The position numbers and the translations under genes are program-made. 64,000 bases of DNA from the human T2T-CHM13v2.0 reference genome, Homo sapiens: assembly GCF_009914755.1 (NCBI RefSeq), contig NC_060943.1. One strand, given 5' to 3'. The notes under the pieces were generated by a model that did not search any database, was not told the origin of the DNA, and saw only the letters and a program-made list of their open reading frames with translations. Shown here piece by piece: positions 50,032-64,000 of this stretch; within the stretch, counting starts at the first letter, position 1, and each line of letters starts with the position of its first letter.

Positions 50032-50310
50032 CTATTTATATTAGGGATAGCTTTTCCACATCTATTGTTGTCTTTATTTTTCCTTCTTTGTTCATTTAAT
50101 AGACAGTGTTGATACCACCTTGCATTCCTAGAATAAATCTCAAAGTTTATTATTCTTTTGCAGCATTATTAGACTTCTTTTACTAGTATTTTATTTAGAA
50201 AATTTCATTAATTCAGTAAATGATACTGATTTTTTTGATATTTAATGTCAGGTTTTAATATTAAATTTACATTAAACTCACAAAATGAATTGTTGGAGCA
50301 TTCTATAGAA

Positions 50311-50750
50311 TGCTATGGATTGAATATTTGTCGCCTCCAAAATTTATGTTGAAAGTTAATCCCCAGTGTGGCAGTATTGACAGCTGGGGCCTTAAAGAGG
50401 TGATTAGGTCCATTCACAAAGTAATGAATTAATGGGTTATCACAGAAGTAGATTAAGTGGTTTTATAAGAGGATAGACGCCAGGGCTAGCATGCTCAGCC
50501 CCCTCATCAGGTGACCAGGTGATGCCCTGTACCACCTTGGGACTCTGCTGAGAGTCCCCAGCAGCAAGAAGGCCCTCACCAAATGCAGCCCCTTCACCCT
50601 TGAACTTCTTAGCCTGCCATGGACATCACCTGGGAAAGTGTTAGAACACAGAATCTCAGGCCCTATTCCAGACCTACAGAATCGGAATATGCATCATTAA
50701 CAAGATCTCCAGGTAAATTGCACGCACAGTAAAATTGGAAAAGCTCTGAC
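50311..50750. mobile_element. MST/MLT1A-like LTR fragment abutting a MER5A-like fragment
   Basis: TGCTATGGATTGAAT...CAGCAAGAAGGCCCTCACC; then CATCACCTGGGAA...AGAATCTCAGGCCC. Confidence 0.7.
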
Positions 50751-53736
50751 CTGAACGAGCTGGTAGTTTAAATTGGAATTATCTTTTCTTTAATGTGTCA
50801 TATAGAACTCAGCTATGAAGTCATTCAGTCATGGTAACTTTTTATACTTAATCTATGCTAATTGGTATGTTTAAGTTTTCTACTTCTTGGGCTAATTTTG
50901 GCATTTTATATTTTCGCTAAGAAGTCATCTGTATCCCCTGGTTTTTACAACTTTGTTACTATGGAGTTGCATGTTTTTATTATTTTAATTTCTTCCATCA
51001 AGTGAGGATGGCTGGCTCTTCATTTTATATATTTTTGCTTTGCCTCATTTTTCTCGTTATCAAGCTTTACAAAAAGCCTTATATATTTTCTTGATCATTT
51101 CAAAGAACCAGCTTTTACAGCCAATTAGTAGTAATTCTTCAAAGCTAACAGGAGGGGGACACTACAATGTGAACCACTGTCATGGATGAATTCAGCTTTG
51201 CTTTCCATTAACATCAAAACTATGTACACATGCAAATCTGAACTTCCAGGGGCCAAAGTATTATGAGAATGCAGGATTAATACCAACCTTTGATTCAGAA
51301 TCGCATTCTGAGTAGGGTCTACCTCCACCTAAGTGGCCTTTCTGTATACCTAATCACATTCTAAATGCCATTTACTGCCTCGTTAAATAATGCTTTGAGC
51401 ATTTGTATCTTGTTTTACAGTTGATATACCTTTTCTACCCACTATTTCATTTGAAATTTATATTTAAAATGGTATAATAGATAATCCGTTACTAAGAGGA
51501 ACACTGCCTCTAACCTGATTTTCGTGTACTGAGATCAACTGGGGCCCCAGGAATGCCTTGTCTCTCCAAAGGGCTGAAAGGGACCACAGCAGAGTGTGTC
51601 TTGAGGAGAGAGCTAAGAAAGCAAGTATTCCCTCAGATAAAGCAAGAGGCACGAGTTAAAATTTTAGCCATGCCCCAATGCAGGAAATGGCAGATTTCAG
51701 ATACTCAATCTAGACAGGCCTATTTTGTGAAATGCATTAGCTCTCCTCTCCCTTCCATTAAGAAACCAAGGTTTTGTTTGCCCTTTTAAAAATGTATGAA
51801 AACCTATTACTTAGATACTTTGATTTCTTACCTTTGCAAATATTCTAATAAAATAAGGATTTCAAAAGCCAGATGACGGTTAAGTTTTTGCACTCAAATT
51901 GATCCAAGTTTGGGATAATAGCTGCAAAAATATAAAGTGTAGTTTATTGAATTTAGGATTTTCACTTCACTGATAGACCAGTCTTAGGTTGATCATTATG
52001 GAAGAGTTATTACAGAGATATTGCTGAAGCCCTCCACAAAGTTAACTTTAATCTTGTGCCACAGACCAGAGATTTCCGATCTATAATAATCTATTTCATA
52101 AGCACTCACAGAAGCAAGCAATTGAATAGTCTTCCTTTTGTGGTGTATTTAGGTCTTCTTTAAGTATCTGGACTAAAAACCATCTTAACTTCATGTTCCT
52201 GGCAGTACTGTGTTTGGGACATTGTTAAACTCCAATAAATAGTGCTGAGTACTGAAAAGGAGAAAATCATCCTGAATCCTTCCTCAGAAGAGAATTGATC
52301 AGTTCACCTGCTTGATAATATTTTTCCTCTCTAATCAAAATGTTCCCCTCCTAAATCCCAGGATGGAAAATGAGTAAGACAGATAAAATGGTAAAATTAA
52401 ATGAAATGACATCCATTGCATTTACAAGTTTTGAAAATAAAATACTAAAGGACAGACTTTTTGACACTGAAGTCTTACATAGGCAGAACATTCATTACGA
52501 AACAAACATAACTAAAGTAAAATCTCAGTTTTTAAGATCCTGAATTCATTATTTATGCTTTTCAACTTTTTCTTATGGGGATGGTTTAAATTTAAATCCA
52601 AAATATACTGTAATATCTCCTCTGACCTCAAGTCCTGGAAAGATAAAATACACTGATTTTTGTTGTTGTTGTTGTTAGACCTGATGTTTCCAAAATACTC
52701 TTTGGAAAATCTTCCTTTCAAATGCCACTCAGAAATTCATTTTTTTTTTTTTTTTTTTCATTTGGAGCATGCAACTCCATGGCTCAGTAGTTGCCATGGG
52801 CCTCAGCCTTCAGTCTGGCGGTGGAGGGGAGACAAACCAGGAACGTGAGCTTTACAAAAGAGGTTAATATAAATACCACAATGGATATTTCCTGGTTATT
52901 TTGGAAAAACTTACTGAGAAAGGGCCTGTGAGAAAAGGAAGGCTTCCTGCAGGGCACTGCACCTAAGCAGATAGGCAGGCAGTGGATGAAATAGCTAAAA
53001 TAAAGATAAGAAGGGACAGCTTGGGAAAAGACTGAAAGAAAACTACAAAGAATATAGGTTACAAGAAAATTCTGTTACTAGAGCAAGGGGTTTACCGATG
53101 GGATGCAGGTGAGGACTTGTATAAGGAGTTTTGACATATACCTTGACACATACTAACGTGCTACTTCCTAAAACAACCCTGAGCGGGTATTATTTTTCAG
53201 ATGAAGGAAGAGGAATGGATTGAGTAATTTATGTCAGGTCACACATCTAGGAAATGGCAGAGCCAGTACTGGAATCCAAAACCAATGTCATATTCTTAAC
53301 CTCCACACTACTTGGCAGCTACATGGAGGACAAATTTTATGGGGACAGAATTGGGGGAAAGATCTATCTGGAATTTTACTGCAGTAGACTAGGCAAGACT
53401 TAACAAGGCCTCAATTAAAACACTACAGTATAAAATGGGGATCAGACTATAGGCTCTGGACTCGAGACTCCCTCAGCTAAAATAAAAGTTTTGGCTCAAC
53501 AAACCTAACAGGTATGGTTGTAGAAAAGAAACTTTGGTGTGCCTCAGTTTCCCCATCTGTAAACTAGAAATAGCAACACTACCTGACATTAACCTCAGAT
53601 TTTACAGATTAAGAGAGACCATATACCTAATGTACACTTAGCCTAGTGGTCAGTAATGGGTGCTCAAAAAGTTGGCCATTATTAGAATGCTACAGATGAC
53701 AGATACAGTAATGGTCTTGTTAAGAGTAAATTAGCA

Positions 53737-54033
<297 letters not shown>

Positions 54034-56403
54034 AGAGTAGATTGGCAGAACTAGGGGACTGATTTGGGGCAAAGTGGAGAGGAGATAATGGATGGAAAGG
54101 AGGCAGGGAAAACTAACAGGTTTTTCGCCTGGCGGGTAGTTAACAAGGTCGATGGAGAGGCAACTGACTAAAATAGAGAAGCTGGTTCATTGGAAACAGA
54201 GATGACATCTTTTCCTTTCAGACAGTTTGAGTTTAAGGTGTCAACAGGACATCCAAACATATATGCCCAGTAAGCACATGAATATGAAACTCAGGGAAGT
54301 GGTTGTGGGGAGTCACCAGCAAATAGGTGGTGATAAAGTGTGTTAGAACAGTGGGCTAAGGATAACAGTCCATAAAATATAAACATTATTTTGGGTTAAT
54401 ATACAAAATGCAATGAAATTCAAACGACATGAAAATACAGAAAATGAAATTTAGTACTGTGAGAATGAAGAATTACTTCTGATATTTAAATAGTATGTTC
54501 CTACAGTTTAGAAAAATGAGGGTACTAAAGCACATTTTGATCCAGTCAGGACAAATGCCCTCTATACACTCAGATTGAGTCAAAGTTTTTACAAAGGTAT
54601 GCTCAGAAAGACCAAAGAAAATTTGATGTTATCTTTAACAAATAATGCAACATTTTCAAAAAGGCCATTTTTATAACACTTTTTAAAGCATAATGAAAAC
54701 ACTTGGCTCTCAAGATTGTCCCAAGAATTATCCCCAATAAAATGCAGTACGTTAATGATCTGATGTCAGGGTGCTAGCTGGTCAGGTTTATTCTGTAAGT
54801 AATTTTCTCCTACTATCTAGGATTTTGTTTTCACAGAATGGTAAAAATGTTAACACAGGTCTGCCGTATCCATTCAGCAAAACAGCATGAAGTGACTTGA
54901 CTTGTCCTGTCACTTGTGGAACAAAGCCTTCTTTAAAAACTAAATGGTCTACTACAATTTAACAGCATCCCACCATCAAACTCTAAATATGAAAGATGAA
55001 GTAAGCAGCCACCAAATATAGCAATTCCGGCACTAAGTGAGTACCTAGAGACCTGCAAACTTCCTACTTCTGTCCTCCACTGCCATGTAGAATTTCAAGG
55101 TATCACTTCAGGATGGGAGGTGATACAGGTTATCAGTATTTCTCTATAGGGAGGGGGTGCTGTTGACATTTTTGGCAGCACAGGTTTTTTAGTGTGTGGA
55201 CCTGTGTTCCCCTCACAACTCAATGTTTCACATTCCAACTCTGCCACCAACCCTTCCTCCAACCCCCAATCCGAAGAGTGCCTCCACTATCTAGAGACAC
55301 AGAATATAAAATACTTCTGTGTCCCACCAATTATCACACGTTAATTTCATTTCTAGAATGGTAAAAATGAAGCAAAGACTAGTATCTACTCATAAGCATA
55401 GAAAGTTTGACATTTTCTTTTTTCTGTCAACACCTAGCTATTAACATCAAAGGCTGGAATCCTGGATGGTCAGTTCCCTTTGGGCAGACCCAACCTAACC
55501 ATTTTTGCCATTTTAAAAAAGTGTACATGAGATTATCAGGTAGACTCAGTAAAGCACGACTGGTCCACCTCTAAACAGCAAAGACAAACACATCAAAAAG
55601 TGACTGTGATTCTCAAAGGACAAAGCCCACTCCCAACTCCCAGGGGAAAATGGACCTTAGTCTTGTTTCACCTGTGTAATTGGAGGCAGAATAGGATGTG
55701 AATTCCGATGTGCTCTGCGTCTGGTTCCACACCATCTTACAGTGAAAAGTGCTGAGTGACTGTAAACCCAACAGGAAAAAACATTCAAAGTGTCATCACT
55801 ACAGAAACAAACCCAGCAGGACCACTTCTGCATGCAGGCAGTATTAGGTCTCAGATGCTCCCTTTCTGCCTCCTGATAGAGTGGATGCAGGAACTTTGGG
55901 GACATGATGAACCACACACAAAATGAACGAAATGGCAGAGCACTCTCATTTTGGAAAGTTTCTCTCAGGTAATATCCCATCACTGCCTATTAAGACTAAA
56001 GGATTAAGTACTAATTTACACTCATAAGGGACTAATAAAATTTCCTGGCCTGTCACTTAAGGAGAAAAACCAGCAGACCAGACGTGAAGATAAACCCTCA
56101 GAGCTACTAATGCCTCATTCAGGACTCTTTCCCACAGATTAGTGTTGAGATTATCACACGGCTTACACAGTAGGGAGGAAATGCATAGCCAGGACTCTTA
56201 CCAAGTCCGGTAAATAAGGAATACCTAGATACTACTGTTTCTGTCAATGCCATAGACACTTAGATGACCCGTTAATTTTACTTCATCCCAACAATGACCG
56301 TGCAGAATCTGCGTCCCTGACGCAAAGCAGGAAGCAAATATTTGGGCAAGAAAATAAAGTCAGTTACAGATTTCACAAGTATCTTGTACACCAGTCTGTA
56401 ATT

Positions 56404-56524
56404 TTTAATTAGAATTAGCTAAAAGACATTGTACCTTTCGCGTGTATGACTGAGCATAACAGTGCTTAACAGTGTCTTTATTAAGTGAATGCCTGAAAGT
56501 ATTCAACATTAAATTCAATTTATT
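56404..56524 (-). terminator. Cluster of candidate polyadenylation signals in the UQCRFS1 3' UTR
   Basis: Minus-strand AATAAA at 56524-56519 and 56482-56477, and ATTAAA at 56409-56404, 140-260 nt after the stop codon. Confidence 0.7.
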
Positions 56525-56661
56525 TCACATTAATGTTTGCAAATACATCATCAATTCTTACATATTTCAAATCAACTTCAAGTACAGAAGGCTTCCTCTC
56601 AAATAAGTCTCCTGAGGTGACATAAAGACTGAAAGAAGCCTATGACTTGAGTCCAAGTCTC

Positions 56662-62559
<5,898 letters not shown>

Positions 62560-63123
62560 CTAGAGATAACAATAAACGATTATAGTTTAACTTAGGATGG
62601 TAATATATCTCAACTACGACGAAGTCCAGCACATAGTAATCGCTATGTGTTTACTATGATGATTTTTATTATCTTCATCTAACAACAACAACAACAAAAA
62701 GGCCAGAGGCATCTGTGCAAAGCTCGATAATGCTAATGGATTATGTTTATTAAGTATTCACTGTGTATTTGGTTTTGCGTTTTATTATACCTACGTTCTT
62801 TCATTTGTTATCAAGGTCTCTATGAAGTCAGAGCTATTACTATCAGCATTTTACCCATGAAGAAACCGAGGTTTAGAGAGATTCTTTTCCAGGAACTGGA
62901 TAGCCAGCAAGATGTGAAGCAGGGTAATCTGTCTCCTGAGTCTATGCTCTTCAGTGCCACCACTGTTTCCCAAAGTAGGATTTTAGAATTTTAGAGGATG
63001 CACAGAGCTCGCTCATTCATGTTCCATCACATAGTGAGAAAGTTTTGTTTTCTTTTGTTTTGTTTTTCAATCCTGATTGCACCAATGAGAAAGTCTCAGT
63101 TTGGTGCTAATACATCTTTAATT

Positions 63124-63253
63124 AAAAAAAAAAAAAAGTAGAGATGAGGTCTCACTATATTGCCCACTCCAGTCTCGAACTTCTGGCCTCAAGGAGTCCT
63201 GTCTCCCCCTCCCAAAGTACTGGGATTATAGGCATGAGCCAATGCACTTGGCC
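63124..63253 (-). mobile_element. Alu left-monomer (FLAM-like) element
   Basis: GTAGAGATGAGGTCTCACTATATTGCCC...CCCAAAGTACTGGGATTATAGGCATGAGCC; no right arm; flanked by a 29-bp direct repeat. Confidence 0.85.
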
Positions 63254-63519
63254 TCAGTTTGATCCTAATATATCTTTAATTCCTCTCTACACTTATCTCC
63301 CACTTTTAACAGAAAAGATCTTGAGTTAGAAGCTCTTAGCAGAGAACTGAGTCTAGAGTGATTTCATTATATGGTTCATAGTATTGATTTTCTATCCATA
63401 CTGGTTTTCTATTCTGTACTATACTGAGATAAAGTTTTTCATTTAGGTCAAAAATAATTTAAATATTAAGTAAATGTTAATATAAGCAGTGCACAGAATT
63501 GGCTCTGTGCTGTGCATGG

Positions 63520-63690
63520 GCTCTGTGATCTGGGCAAGTTCCCTCACCTCTCTGTGCCTCAGTTTCCTCACCTGCCAAATGGAGGCAGTAATGATGCCAT
63601 GTGTGTTGTAAAGTTACTGGGAGGAGTAAATGAACTAAAACGTGTAAAGCATCTACAAGCAGGCCCAGCACACAGGCAGCACCAAGTGAG
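63520..63690 (+). mobile_element. MIR
   Basis: TGTGATCTGGGCAAGTT...CTCTGTGCCTCAGTTTCCTCACCTG core. Confidence 0.75.
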
Positions 63691-64000
63691 GATTTGCTAG
63701 TGGTGTTTTTATCTGAGATGCCACCTCCTCTAAGAAGCCTTCCCTTGATCCTTGCTGACTCGTTGTTATTCCTCATGCCAGGTCCAAAGTGTACTGACAG
63801 GTTTCCCCTTTGACCTTCCTATGACTCCCCTTAGGGCCTAGGCTTTGACCAGCCTTATAGCCCAAGGGACTATATTGTACTCTCAAGATTGGAGGCTGCC
63901 TCCTCAGGGGCCACCCTAGCCAGGCTCATCACACAGCTGGCTCAGTGCTCTCCCTTGGCAACAACCTTAGGATAAAAGACATTTCCAGAGAAGTTGTCAC

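Overview
Primate, almost certainly human, genomic DNA containing the intron-bearing UQCRFS1 gene (Rieske iron-sulfur subunit of mitochondrial complex III) on the minus strand near the right end. Exon 1 CDS is 62007-62220 and exon 2 CDS is 56662-57272 (274 aa, GT-AG intron of 4,734 nt), under a CpG-island promoter with NRF1/ETS/SP1/YY1-like motifs. The other ~55 kb has no supportable protein-coding gene. It is a mosaic of Alu, L1 (including a full-length ~6.8 kb L1MA-type copy nested in an older L1), MaLR/ERVL LTRs, a MER11 solo LTR, MIR/L2, MER5/MER20 DNA-transposon relics and microsatellites; almost all other ORF-track entries are repeat-derived or chance ORFs. I found no evidence of a novel biological system. 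The most notable observations are readable mutational footprints: a twin-primed, 5'-inverted L1PA insertion in the UQCRFS1 intron, a head-to-head inverted Alu pair with a 10-nt spacer, two local inverted micro-duplications, a ~180-bp tandem duplication, a tail-less Alu, and an Alu monomer with a 29-bp flanking duplication and an inverted tail. Repeat subfamily names come from recognition by eye and boundaries of old repeats are approximate.
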